Assembly (NCBI GenBank): GCA_951406725.2
Contig: OX597832.1
Span: 56,916,001-56,980,000 of the forward strand
Direction of reading: 5' to 3'
Origin: Octopus vulgaris
Taxonomy: Eukaryota
DNA length: 64,000 bases
Part shown: one piece after another, positions 39,015 to 53,292 of the stretch
How the letters are laid out: each line of letters begins with the position of its first letter
Position numbering within the stretch: the first letter of the stretch is position 1
Notes under the pieces: generated by a model
Databases searched by the model: none
Told to the model about the DNA's origin: nothing
Seen by the model: only the letters and a program-made list of their open reading frames with translations
Program-made: the position numbers and the translations under genes

Positions 39015-39412
39015 CTCTTTAACTTGTTTCAGTCATTTGATTGCGGCCATGCTGGAGCACCGCCTTTATAGTCAAGCAAATCGACCCCAGGACTTATTCT
39101 TTGGAAGCCTAGTACTTATTCTATCAGTCTCTTCTGCTGAATTGCTAAGTTACAGGGACGTAAACACACCAGCATCAGTTGTCAAGCAATGTTGGGGAGG
39201 GGGGGACAAACACAGACACACAAACATATATATACATATACATATATACGATGGGCTTCTTTCAGTTTCTGTCTACCAAATCCACTCAGAAGGCTTTGGT
39301 CGGCCCGAGGCTATAGTAGAAGACACTTTCCCAAGGTGCCACACAGTGGGACTGAACCCAGAACCATATGGTTGGTAAGCAACCTACTTACCACACAGCC
39401 ACTCCTGCGCCT
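39015..39412 (-). mobile_element. SINE family A
   Basis: Full-length reverse-complement match. Others at 44400-44640(-), 48718-49195(+), 53042-53450(-), 55423-55800(+), 57538-57940(-) and 60253-60605(-). Confidence 0.9.
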
Positions 39413-39487
39413 ATTGCAAACATTGACACTAATTGTACGATGGTGCTGTTGATAACTGTCATGTAATGTCAAGACAAGGAGACAGAT

Positions 39488-39520
<33 letters not shown>

Positions 39521-40515
39521 CACAGTGGATTTTCTTTTCATTCTTCAACATTTGAGGTCTCTGAAAAAAGCTGCAGCACCTGTGGTTCTCTACTGCAATG
39601 AGGAGAAAATTGAATACATCTCTATCTGTCCTTACACTTCTGAAGAACTGAGATCATTATTCAGCATTAAGAGGGTAAAAAGACTTTTGAACATCTTAGA
39701 GTGCACGCTATGAACCCACAAATGGATTTTCCTATTTGAAAAGCACTGGTGTGAGAGGCTTGCAATAAAGTGGATAAAATTTGGTACAGCCACTTAAACA
39801 ACGAAATAAAAACTGACTTATTTCAGTTCCTAGTTGAACCAATTCTGACATAAGGAGCTGAAACTTGGACATTAATATGCCATGTGTCAGATGTCAAAGT
39901 GATCTCTAAGTAACAACATGAAAAGAAATGTTTTGCTCAAAAACACAACACACCCTGATAGTCCAGGAATTGAAACCATGATCTCGTGATTATGAGAATA
40001 ACACTCTAACCACCAGGCCACACTACCTCACTTAGGGCCGGTTGTGTCTAGTTAAAATGTTAAAAGATTAAAACAGTACAGTGTGTGTGTGTGTGATTAG
40101 AGAGAGACTTGTTTTGTTTTGACTGCTTTTTCTAGCAGATAAAGTGACCGCCAAGAGGTTCTCCCAGCATGCCAAGAGGGAAGTGGATTGTTAGTTCAGG
40201 TTTATGTAAGATATGATGGCTTGTTAGAATGACAGGTGAAAATAATAGTTTTAAAATTAGATAGAGTTTAACTGGTGCAGAGAAAAATTGCTTGGAAGAA
40301 ACATTTACAATAACATTAATTGCAACTTGAGCAGAGAGGCAGCTTAAGAATAACTGAAGAGATGATTGTTGTAGTTGTTGTTGTTGTTGCTGTTGTTTAG
40401 AAACTGGCTAATTCTGATCTAGGAGACCCTGTGATCTAAGGTATTTCAACTGCAATCACCTGTAGTCTTATTTATTTATTTATTTATTTAGTCACAGTCA
40501 TTCCAGGCATGATAT

Positions 40516-40650
<135 letters not shown>

Positions 40651-42394
40651 TATATAATAATGTAAATATATCTATTGTTATATAATGCATCCATCCTTTT
40701 TAAGATCATAGGTCAGCCTCAATGAAGCAAACATATGATCAAAGATATTCTAACTGTAGCCAATTGTCTTCTCTTTTTATCTTTCTTTACTTCGAGCATA
40801 ATGTATCTAGGACTACATTATTCAATGTCCTCTCCTTTTTTATCTGATCACTTTCATTGATGCCCCCCCTCCCCCAATTGAATTAGCTATCTCTCCTCCT
40901 CCCCCGCCACACTTCTCCCACCCTCATGCACTACATATGCTTCTCTCCACATCTTAATCTTGCAATCTACCGGGGAACATGCCTCTCTCTTGTCCTTCTC
41001 CTGTCTACTGTTTCTTCATTACTTTTCTGCTGTTCAGCACTGTCAGTAATCTACTACTCCCCGTCATTCATTTCTCTCTGGCTCTGTCCAGTCACTTGTC
41101 CTCTCTCTTCTAAATTATCTGAGTAGTCATGTAGCTCTAGTACAGCAGGAAACCTGCTCTGCTCTGCTCTGACCCCCATCTCTCATACTTTTTACCCATC
41201 TTCTATCCCTCATTACCTAGCATACAATTACCACATATTGGGAGTTCCTAGTCTCACAAACAATATGATGGCCTCACTAATGTTGGGCAGTATTGAACAA
41301 AGCACCCCATAGCTGCCATTAGGAAGAACATTTAGTGATAGAAACCTTGCCAAAGCAGACGCTGGAGCATAATGCAGCCCTAATTAGACCCATCAGTTTC
41401 TGTTAACCCTTTAACATTTAGATTTCTCAGTCAAATGTAATGCTTATTTATTCACATTAATAAAAATTAGTCATGCATCATGTCATAGCTTTGAGATTCC
41501 AATGATGTGATTGTTTACTTTTCGAATGACATTGTAGGGTAAGTGTGAGAAGCCTGATCAGGCTGAGTTAAACCTTTAGCATTTAGATTCCTCTGTCAAA
41601 TGTAATTCTTATTTATTTAAATTGATTTGAATTAGTCATGCATTATCTAGTAGCTTTGAGATTTAAATGATAGGATGGTTTATTTTTGGTATAGCATTGT
41701 AGGGTAAGTATGAGAGGCTGGATCTGACCAGTTTGAAGATAAAACAAGTAGATTACTTTGGTCAGTTGTGGTCAATTTAAATGCTAAAAAGTTAAACCAT
41801 TTAACCTATGTCAAGATTGAAAATGGACATTAAATGGTGATGACATCTTGATCGCTGTTGACCTATGACTGAAGATGTTCCAGCTGTGACCATCCCATCT
41901 TTTATTTTTCATAGGATGGTGTACCTAGAAGTACATTATTCAAAACATCCCTTCTTAATTTCTACAAGATCAAAGGTCTCCTTGATCAGAACTAATCTGT
42001 GATGAGAGACATTACAACTGTGACCATTCCATCTTTTATTTTTCATCAGACATTGTATCTACGAGTACCTTATTCAAAAGATCCCTTCTTTTTGTCTGAA
42101 TAATATTAAGAAAATATGTCCTTTCATTTTCTTTTTTTTTTCAAGATCAAAGGTCTCCTTGGTCAGAACTAATCTGTGATGAGAAACATTACAACTGTGA
42201 CCATCCCATCTTATATTTTTTGCCTGACAGTGTATCTAGGACTACATTATTCAAAGACATTAAAAACATTGGGAGTGTGATTAGACTGAGATTTCTGTCT
42301 TACTTCTAGAAGACGGAGCTGTTTTATATATATATATACACACCGTGTGCGCTTAAGAAAGTTAATATGGTTGTTTAAACTAGCAATGAGGAGA

Positions 42395-42427
<33 letters not shown>

Positions 42428-42432
<5 letters not shown>

Positions 42433-42768
42433 GAGCACTCAGAGAGTGCAACCCCCCGCCAAGGCAACACCAATGTCATCTCAATGATTAGCCAGAGATG
42501 ATTTTTAAAATGAGAATATCTGAAATAAACTCTACTGCTCTCACAAATGAGAATACTAAAAATGAACCTGACCACTCTCGAAAATTAAGTAAAAAAACAG
42601 GAAAAATAATCCAAAATCTAATCAGTTCATGCCAGTCACGAGGCCAAACATCCCTGAAAGTTTCATCCAAATTCATCCAGTGGTTCTTGAGATATCTTGT
42701 CAAGGACAAACAAACAAACAAACACGACTGAAAAACAATACTTCCACCTTCGCTAAAGCAGAGGTAAT
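42428..42768. mobile_element. Helentron-derived (HINE/DINE-1-like) non-autonomous element
   Basis: Subterminal repeats (cccccgccaagg near the start, acttccacc..gcagaggtaat hairpin at the end), an internal (CAAA)n and an aaagtttcatccaaat motif. Inserted in (AAT)n. Confidence 0.6.
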
Positions 42769-42784
42769 TATATGAATGATAATA

Positions 42785-42822
<38 letters not shown>

Positions 42823-43082
42823 AATGATAATAATAATAATAACAGTAATAATAATTATAACGATTACAAATCTTGGCACATGGCCAGCAATTTTGGAGTG
42901 GTTGGTGGGGTGGGGGGTAAGTCGATTACATCAACTTCGGTGCTTAACTGGTATGTATTTTATCGACCCTGAAAGGATGAAAGGCAAACCCAACCTTGGT
43001 GAAACAACAACAACAACAGCAGTAGCAACATCAACACCACCACCAACAACAACAACAACAATAATAGTAATGATGATGATGG

Positions 43083-43136
<54 letters not shown>

Positions 43137-43166
43137 CGACGATGATGATGATGATGATGATGTTGT

Positions 43167-43202
<36 letters not shown>

Positions 43203-44109
43203 CGACGACAATGTAAAAGCTTCCCTTCTAATTCATGTAAACTGTAAAACATACAAACAGAAATTTAAAACATTATAACTAGCGAGGTCAACAGCAACCA
43301 TGAACAACGATTTTATGAGAAGGAGATGATAGTCATGGAGTGTGTGGTAGTGGTGATGATAATGATGATGATGATGATGATGATGATGGTGGGGATAATG
43401 ATGGTGATGACGGTGGCATTGGCTTTGTTGCTGATGACAATGGTTAATGATGATGATGATTATGATGATGGTGGTGGTGGTGGTGGTGGTGATGGTGATG
43501 ACGATGATGATTGTGGTGATGCTGATCACGATAGCAAGACTTCTAATTAAAATATATAATTGGTGAAACTCATCAATAAATGATGAAGTAAATTTGCAGC
43601 CAGAGAAATATTTTGTAGCAATTCAGCTTCTAGGACAATCTTGCCTTTCTTTCCTTCTTTCTTTCTTTCTTTCTTTGTTTTTTTTTGTTTGTTTTTTTGT
43701 TTTGCTTTCTTTTTACCTCCTTTCTCTTCTCTTTGGTTAACATCCAAAAAGACAGAAAGACACAGAGAGAGGGAGACAGAGAGAGAAAAAGAGGAGGAGG
43801 AAGAGATAGTGAAAGTGAAAGCATGAGCGAGAGACGGAGACAGAGGAGTATTAACAAAACAAGTAGTTGTGTATTCACGGTAATAACTACCACCAACCAA
43901 TCAATTAATCATCTGTTACTCACACTAAAGCAGCAATTTGTAGCTCGTCAACAGCCATTGAATAGTTGACCTACGGCTAGCTAAGTACCAAACTACCTTC
44001 GCTGCACACACACCGTGCACCATCATTCATTCAAACAGTACAAGACAAAAAACATACATGCACACACATATATAAACATACATTTATAAACACAGTGTAT
44101 TTATGATTG

Positions 44110-44190
<81 letters not shown>

Positions 44191-44194
44191 ATAT

Positions 44195-44356
<162 letters not shown>

Positions 44357-44619
44357 ATATATATACACGTATATACACACACATATATGTATGTATGCAC
44401 TTTACTCATTTACTTGTTTCAGTCATTTGACAGCGGCCATGCTGGGGCACTTCCTTTAGTCAAGCAAATCGTCCCCAGGACTTATTCTTTGTAAGCCTAG
44501 TACTTATTCTATTGGTCTCTTTTGCCGAACCGCTAAGTTATGGGGACGTAAACACACCAGCATCGGTTGTCAAGCGATGTTGGGGGAACAAACACAGACA
44601 CACAAACATATACACACAC

Positions 44620-44655
<36 letters not shown>

Positions 44656-45112
44656 GGCGTTAGGAAGGGCATCCAGCTGTAGAAACACTGCCAGATCTGA
44701 CTGGCCTGGTGCAGCCTTCGGGCTTGCCAGACCCCAGTTGAACCGTCCAACCCATGCTAGCATGGAAAGCGGACGTTAAACGATGATGATGATGATGATG
44801 ATGATGATGATATATATACATACATATATACGATGGGCACGGAAATACAGAAGAAAAATATTTTCTTCTACTCTAGGCACAAGGCCTGAAATTTTGGGGG
44901 AGGGGTCCAGTCGATTAGATTGACTCCAGTATGCAACTGGTACTTAATTTATCGATCCCGAAAGGATGAAAGGCAAAGCTGACCTTGGTGGGATTTGAAC
45001 CCGGAATGTAAAGACAGAAGAAATGCCACTAAGCATTTCGCCCGGTGTGCGAAGCTCGTTTCTGCGAAGCTCGCTGCTTTACAGAAGTAAAGTATTACGA
45101 CAATGATGTTGA

Positions 45113-45146
<34 letters not shown>

Positions 45147-45923
45147 GGTGGTGGTGGCGATGACGATGGTGATAATGATGATGATGATGATTTGTGTGCG
45201 TGCATCCTCGATGAAAATGCTCATTTCATAAATAGCTGTAAATGAGTTTCCTGTGATGAAAATTTTCAGAAGAGAAGAAACAAAACAAAACTATATTTTA
45301 CATACATTCTGTTTGAAAAACATGATACAAATTAAAATTATCATCTTCTTTTCACTTTCATTCTTCATCAATGAGTGCTTGTTGGTTTGTATGTCTTTGT
45401 GTGTGTGAATATTATATACAATCATGTCTATTTCTTGAATGAATGAAAATTGCTTTCCTCTATTGATAAAATAAGAAACAACATTTTTTTTTTTTTTTTT
45501 TCTGTTTTAAGGATTCTAGTACCCAGAAATGCATTGATATTATTATGTGCATATATACATAGACATGTGTCAATGTAAAAAAAAATATGTCTATCACACA
45601 CACACACACTTGCACGTGCACACAAATACACATACAAACACCCATGTATGTATACATATGACAGGATTCTTTCAATTTCTCTCTACCGAATCCACTCTTA
45701 AGGTTTTGGTCGGCCCAAGCCTACAGTTGAAGAAATGCCCAGGGGCCAAGAAGCAAACTTCTTATCACACAGGCACATCTGTACCTCACAGACACACCTG
45801 TACCTCACAGACACACCTTACTACTCTTTTATTTTCAAAATTAATTGAAACAAAGTGCATTTCAACAGAAATACAGTAACAAAAGGATTGAATTTATATT
45901 CGAGAAAAATTCCACACCTCCAC

Positions 45924-45955
<32 letters not shown>

Positions 45956-47527
45956 CATCATAATCACCCCCACCACCACCACCACCATCACCATCATCAT
46001 CATCATCATCATTTAATGTCTGTTTTCCATGCTAGCATGGCTTGGATGGTTTGACAGGAACTGGTAAATCAGCCGACTGCCCCAAGCTCTACTGTTTACT
46101 TTGGAATGGTTTTTTTTATGGCTGGATACATTTCCTAATGCCAGTCAATTTACAGAATGGACAGGGTGCTATTCACTTGACACCAGCACCAGTGATGCCT
46201 CCCTTGGCATGGTTTTTATGGCTGAATGCCCTTCCTCACACTAACCACTTGCACAGTAGGCTGACTGCTTTTTATGTGGCATCCCCACGTTTATTCAAAA
46301 CTTATCGACCAAAATCTACCAGAAATCAGACCCTACCGCCATTAAAAAAAAAAAGAAAAGAAAGGAAATGTTAGATAATGTAGTCCTAGATACATTTCGA
46401 GAGAAGGATCTTGATGATCGGGCTACCCAGGATTTTCTTACATCTAGCCAAGGCCTGCGCAAAACTGGAGAGGACATGAAATGTAAAAACCAGACTGGAT
46501 TAGTTTATGCACAACTCCATTGTCTCCCGAGACAAAAGGATGCCAACAAGATACATTTATATCTGATTAAAAAAACAAGAGGGTCATGGTTGGAATGTGT
46601 TTTGATTATGTGTCTGCTTAGTCAAGTCTTACCTGAGGCTAAACAACAATTCATACAAGAGATAACCTGATGAACACTCTCAAAACAAACATAATTGTAA
46701 ATCAGAAACTAAATTAATCTCTATTTTTCTTTTCTTTCTAAAGCAGAAACAGCCAAATTCATTGCTAATCCTATTGTATTCTCAAGTAAATACTTATTTT
46801 TTTCTTTTTGTTATGGTTTGGGGAAAGCCTGTACTTCATATAATTTATTAGCTGTCAGTATATAAGCTAGGTTAAACTTGAAGGTCAAATTTGTATTTTT
46901 AGCAAACTGGTTTTCTTCTTACCAAGGGCTTCAGCTTATAAAAGCCATGTCATTTATATATATATATATAGAGGGAATTTCTTTTTCCTCTGCACTTTTG
47001 GCTTGTCTGCATCAGGTCAGTAAGTCAGGATCTATCATTTATTGTATAGCTTTTACTACTCTGTGTTTTGTATGTGATGTATATCTGTATTTGCATGCGG
47101 TATCCGTGTGTGGTATGTGTGTGGTCAGCGCTGGATTAGCCATTAAGCAAAATAAGCACAAGCTTAGGGCGGCAAGGGAAGGAGCGGGGGTGGGGAGGGG
47201 GAACCACAGAAATAGTAAATGGCTTACAGCACAAAAGAAATCACTTTAAACTTGCTAAAGTAATATTCGGGATACCTTTATCTCTACTAAGTCTAGATGC
47301 AGATGTGTTACCTAAGATTAATTTTGAGGATCTGACCAAAGACTTTGCAATTCAAAAAAGTAGGAGGAAACTTTTCAAATATAAATAAAGTGGAATTATA
47401 CAAAAATAAACATTATTTTCATTCTTACTGATTATTTTATGGTTTGTTATTGCTTATATTTTAAATTACAATTAAATTTTGATTCTTGATAGACTTATGT
47501 TTATCCTAGTCTTTAGCCATAACTTAT

Positions 47528-47956
47528 TCCTTTATTTATTTGTTTCAGTTATTTGACTGCAGCCATGCTGGAGCACCGCCTTTAGTCGAACAAATCGACC
47601 CCAGGACCTATTCTTTGTAAGCCTAGTACTTATTCTATCAATTTCTTTTGCCAAACCGCTAAGTTACAGGGACGTGAACACACCAGCATCGGTTGTCAAG
47701 TGATGGTGGGGGGGGGGACAAACACAGACATACAAACATACACACAAACACAGACACACTCACACACACACATACGCACACCTATATATACGACATGCTT
47801 CTTTCAGTTTCCATCTACCAAATCCACTCACAAGGCTTTGGTCGGCCCGAGGCTATAGTGGAAGACACTTGCCCAAGGTGCCACACAGTGGAACTGAACC
47901 CAGAACCATGTGGTTGGTAAGCAAGCTACTTACCACACAGCCACTCCTGCGCCTAT
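47528..47956 (-). mobile_element. SINE family A nested in the hAT element
   Basis: Full-length reverse-complement match. Confidence 0.9.
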
Positions 47957-48036
47957 GAACATGTTTGCATATGTATGCCTATGGTTAAACATAGGCAATA
48001 TACCGGTAATGTAATGGATACTTCCATCCCTTAGAC

Positions 48037-48237
48037 CAGTGGTTTTCAACCAGGGTTCCGCCAGTACAGTCCAGAGGTTCCGCAAGAAGTTACAAAACTG
48101 CTAAAATTGGCAGTAACTTTTAATTCTCCTGTGCAGATATGTGTGCATAAGACTATTAAATTATTGCATGGGGGTTCCTCGAGCCAGTGGAATGTTTCCT
48201 TGGGGTTCTGCTCCAGCAAAAAGTTTGAAAAGCACTG
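48037..48237. mobile_element. hAT/Charlie-like MITE
   Basis: cagtggttttcaac...tttgaaaagcactg with a perfect 8-bp TSD CCTTAGAC. Confidence 0.9.
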
Positions 48238-48882
48238 CCTTAGACGGTTATTTTAACTTCTAACTCAACTATTTTGACTTACATAATCTTTTATGGGGGC
48301 ACCAAAATCTTTTAAGTGCTTAGGGCTTGATGGCTCTTAACCCAGCCCTGTGTGTGGTCTTGACATTGTGCAATAGTCGTAAATGATTTTCACTGTCATA
48401 CAAGCAGTGTTTTTCACTCCTAACCTTTCATGGAGAACATGTCCACGTATAGAGAAGTATTATCTTCTTGGGGAACAAATGAAAGCTAGTGACAGAAGGT
48501 AGTCTGACTGTAGAAAATTTACCTAAATGGATTCCATCCAACCCATGCAAGCATGGAAAAATGGACATTAGAATAACATGGCAATGATGAACAAGGCCAC
48601 AAAATCTGTGTGATTAAATCTTCCCCAATATTTGGCTTGGAGCTTTATTTTACTGACCCTTGATGGATGAAAGGTAGACTCAGTTTTGGCAGGATTTGAA
48701 CTCAGAACATAGGTTCAGATGTGGCTGTGTGGTAAGAAGCATGCTTCCCAACCATATCGTTCTGGGTTCAGCCCTACTCTGTGGCACTTCAGATAGAGTG
48801 TCTTTGACTATGGCCTTGCACCAACCAAACCCTTGTGAGTGGATTTAGTAGGCGGAAACTGAAAGAAGCCCATCGTATATAT

Positions 48883-48936
<54 letters not shown>

Positions 48937-49248
48937 GTGTTTATGTATGTGTGTGTTTTGTGTATGTGTGTATGTGTATCCTGTGACTGTCCACAACCAC
49001 TGTTGGACAACCAGTGTTGTTGTGTTAACATCCTTGTAACTTAGTGGTGCAGCAAAAGAGATCGATAGAATAAGTACCAGGCTTTAAAAAAATATGCCCT
49101 GGGGGGGGGGGTCGATTCATTCAACTAAAAATTCTTCAAGGGATTGCCGCAGCATGGCCCCAGTCTAATAATTGAAACAAGTAAAAGATAAACAATAAAT
49201 GATAAAGCAAGCTGATAATTGCTACACTGATTACATACATATGGATAA

Positions 49249-49797
49249 GGAGCATGGCTTAGTGGTTAGGGGCATTCGACTCATAATCATAAGGTCATGA
49301 GTTCAATATCCAGCTGCCTATTGTGTCCTTGAGCAAGACACTTTATTTCACATTTCTCCAGTCCACCCAGCTGGCAAAAATGAGTAGTACCAGTAATTAA
49401 AAGGGCCAACCTTGTCACACTCTGTGTCATGCTGAATCTCCCCGAGAGTCACATTAACCCTTTCATTACCAACCCGGCTGAAACCGGCTTTGGCTCTGTA
49501 CTACAAATGTCTTGTTTTCAAAAGTTCTGAATTAAAATCTTCCTCCAAACCTTAGTCACAATTTATGTTCCTAACACTAGCTCAATGATAACTAAGTTAT
49601 TTTACTAAATTCTTTGTAATATTTAACATAATTGAAAGAAACACAGAGCATCTCAAAATAAACACAGTAACGAAAGGGTTAAGGATATGCGTGTCTGTGG
49701 AGTGCTCAGCCACTTGCACCTTGATTTCACGAGCTAGTTTTTACCGTTGACCAGGTCAACTGGAATAGTCATCGTCATAACCGACGGAGCGCCAGAA
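49249..49797 (+). mobile_element. tRNA-derived SINE (family D head) split by a piggyBac MITE
   Basis: tggcttagtgg A-box, gagttcaat B-box and gtgtccttgagcaagacact. Confidence 0.75.
49458..49678 (-). mobile_element. piggyBac-like MITE
   Basis: TTAA|CCCTTTCATTAC...GTAACGAAAGGG|TTAA; reverse complement of 7677-7897. Confidence 0.9.
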
Positions 49798-50385
49798 CAT
49801 ATATGTGGGACATATATACAGAAATTAATAATATGATGATAAATAAAAATTGCGCTTTGAATTGGTAACCGAAGGTGGTTGAGGGCAGAAGTCGGTAATG
49901 TGGAGATTTGTAATATAATTCATGATGTGAAACTTTGGGACTTTGTCAAATATGCGATGATACAATATTGAAAAGCATGGAAGAATAAGGGTGATTTGTC
50001 CAGCTCAGTCTACCATGAAAATTGTACATTCACACACATTTTTGCTCTCTTTATATATATATAAACATACATACACACACTGACAAAACTGTATGCGTGT
50101 GTGTATGTACATATATGTATACACATAATGCACATTTATAGATATATACATACTTATACAGTACATGTGTATATATATATATATATGTGCATGTATGCAT
50201 ATATGTATATATATATATATATGTGCATGTATGCATATATGTATATATATATGTGCATGTATGCATATATGTATATATATATATATATATACACACACAT
50301 ATATGTATATATATACACACATACACACATGTATGTTTATACATACATTATGTATGTGTGAGTATATATATACACACACACACAC

Positions 50386-50416
<31 letters not shown>

Positions 50417-50851
50417 TATACATATTTGTTTCTCTGTGTGTATGTGGGATGTGTATATATTTATATATACACACATATCTCAATATACACACACATCTCA
50501 ATGTACACGTAATAACAAACTGTAAGGATATCTAATTTAGTTAGAGATATCAACATGTTTATAAATAGAAGCTGGCAAAGATGAGCAAAGTTTGAATATT
50601 AAAAGTAATACCTTTAGGTAATGTTCGATGCTAGCAGAGGATGGCTTTCATGGAATATTTATTGCTAAAGCTAATGCAGCAGAAACTGCAGGTAAATTAC
50701 CTAAAACAGGAACAATGCATTTAACAGAGTGTCCAAGAAATTTATCATATGCTTCATTGGGTAATATTGCCGCAAGCTCACAAAGAATCCACGTATACAA
50801 GTGCTTGTGTTCATACATACATACATACATATATATGTATGTATGTATGTA

Positions 50852-50903
<52 letters not shown>

Positions 50904-51180
50904 TTGATACATATGTATATATACACATTTGTGCATGTGTATGTGTATGTGTGTTCACACACATGTATTTATGTCAAGACATATATACATAGGTATATGT
51001 TGCACACACACACACACACACACACATATTACATAAATACATACACACATCAAGGCATATATATAAGTGTATTTAGATGTGTGTGTAAATATTATATATA
51101 TATGTGTATATATAAAGGAAGCTTATATACATATATAGAAATATATACAAACATGTAGACATACATACATACATACATAT

Positions 51181-51219
<39 letters not shown>

Positions 51220-51304
51220 TGCTAATGTCTACCTCGAGAGACAAAGAGAGATAACAAGTGAGAAAGAAAGAAAATGGCCAAGTGAAAGAGAATAAAAGAC
51301 TAGC

Positions 51305-51341
<37 letters not shown>

Positions 51342-52232
51342 GAAAGATATATATATATATAGAGAGAGATAGATAAATAGATAGATATAGATATAGATAA
51401 AGATATAGAGATAGAGATAGAGATAGAGAAGGATAGGATAGAACAAGGAAGAGACATACAGACAGATAGTATTGGTGACTTATAGATTATAACAGCAGTT
51501 CAGATTTAACAAAAGAATCGAAGAATATTGATTTACAGCTCAGACATATGGAGGCATCATTTTTTTTCTTTTTTGTTTCTTTTCTTTTTTTCTGGAGAGA
51601 GAGCGAGAGAGAGAGAGTCAGAGACAGAAAGAGAAAGAAAGGAATATGAAGTGGTTGTGATGTTCATGCATTTCCCTGCTGTATCAACACTGGAAAATAA
51701 GAGTGTTGAAAAATGGACAGTGACCCAGGATTGGAACCGTGATGAGGGAGGGAGAGAGAAAGAGAAAGACAGAAGAAGAGAGAGAGAGGGGGAAGGGGGA
51801 AGATGGTGAGGGAGGGACAGAGAAAAAGTGAGGAGAAAGAAAGAGAAGAGAAAAGACGATAAGTAGAGGTGAGAGGGGAAGGAGGCAGGGAGAGGAGGAG
51901 AGAGAGAGGCAAAAAGAGCAAAGGAGACAAAAAGAGAGAAGTAAAGAAAGATGAGAGAAAGGGAAGAGAAAGACAGAGGGAGCAGTGAGGGAGAGAGGGA
52001 AGAGGCAGAGAGAGCATGAGAGGGGCGGCAGAAATAATTCCATATGGTTGCTTAACTTGGTGGATATAGCAGCCATACCTCCCTCAAATCACATGCTAAC
52101 ATCTTAATAAAGGGCAGTTTAGATTATACAGTAGCAGGTTTCCTTGTACATAGGGATACGAAGAGAAGGTCGTGGTAGGAATACTTTTGATCATAGCAGT
52201 CAGAGCTGAGCTGGGGTTAACAACAGCAATGT

Positions 52233-52420
52233 GGAGGCACAATGGCCCAGTGGTTAGTGCAGCGGACTCGTGGTTGTAAGAACGCAGTTTCAATTCCTAG
52301 ACTGGGCATTGTGAGTGTTTATTGAGCAAAAGCACCTAAGCTCCACGAGGCTCTGGTAGTGGGGGGAGTGAACCCCGCTGTACTCTTTCATCACAACTTT
52401 CTCTCACTCTTTCTTCCTAC
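52233..52420 (+). mobile_element. tRNA-derived SINE 5' part
   Basis: tggcccagtgg A-box and gtttcaattcc B-box. Confidence 0.6.
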
Positions 52421-53252
52421 TTTTGCCACAAAGCAGAGGAACCATGGTGTAACCCACTATGGTGTGGTAAACTTTCAGACCCTAGTCTAGATTGCGAATC
52501 TTCTGTACCCCAGGATGGTTCAGCTCTCCACCCATTAAAAGCCACCGTTTATGGAATGAGGATAACAACATAGCTTTCGCTAATACAAAAAGGGTCAATA
52601 CAAAAGGGTCAGTTACTTATGATTTTATTCAACATATTCCCTTCTCAGGTTTACACACTTCTGACAGCACCCTTTCACTTTTTCTTATCCCTGTAAAAGA
52701 ACCCAGAAATTTGGGCCTCCAGCTAGGCCTTTCATGATACCCTTAAAGACAGGAACTTTTCTACACCCTCTCGTTTATATGAGACAGACTTATTGCAGCA
52801 GTCCTTCAGTTTTTCAAAACCTTGTAAAAGAACTGAGAAGGTTAGGCCTCCGAGCAAGCTTTTCATGATACCCTACGCAGTTTCCATCTACTAAATCGAT
52901 TCACAAGTCTTTGGTTGGCTCAGGCCTATAGTAGAAGACACTTGCCCAAGGTGCCACATAGTGGGACTGAACTCAGAACCATGTGGTTGGGAAACGAACT
53001 TTGTATCATCTAGCCCTGGCTGAACCTGTTTTTTTTTTTTATACTTGTTTCAGTCACTTGACTGCGGCCATGCTGGAGCACCGCCTTTAGTCAAGCAAAT
53101 CGACCCCAGGATTTATTCTTTGTAAGCCTAGTACTTATTCTATCAGTCTCTTTTGTCGAACTGCTAAGTTACGGGAACGTAAGCACACCACCATCGGTTG
53201 TCAAGCAATGTTGGGGGGACAAACACAGACATACAAACATACACACATATAG

Positions 53253-53292
<40 letters not shown>

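Larger units (their letters stand above)
47126..48350. mobile_element. hAT-like non-autonomous element hosting two nested insertions
   Basis: TIRs cagcgctggattag / ttaacccagccctg with a perfect 8-bp TSD TGTGTGGT. A related terminus occurs at 10099. Confidence 0.85.

Noticed and set aside
50513-50563. Hammerhead relic (ctgtaag-gatatct..agatatc-aacatgtt)
   Set aside because: Both core strands are defective.
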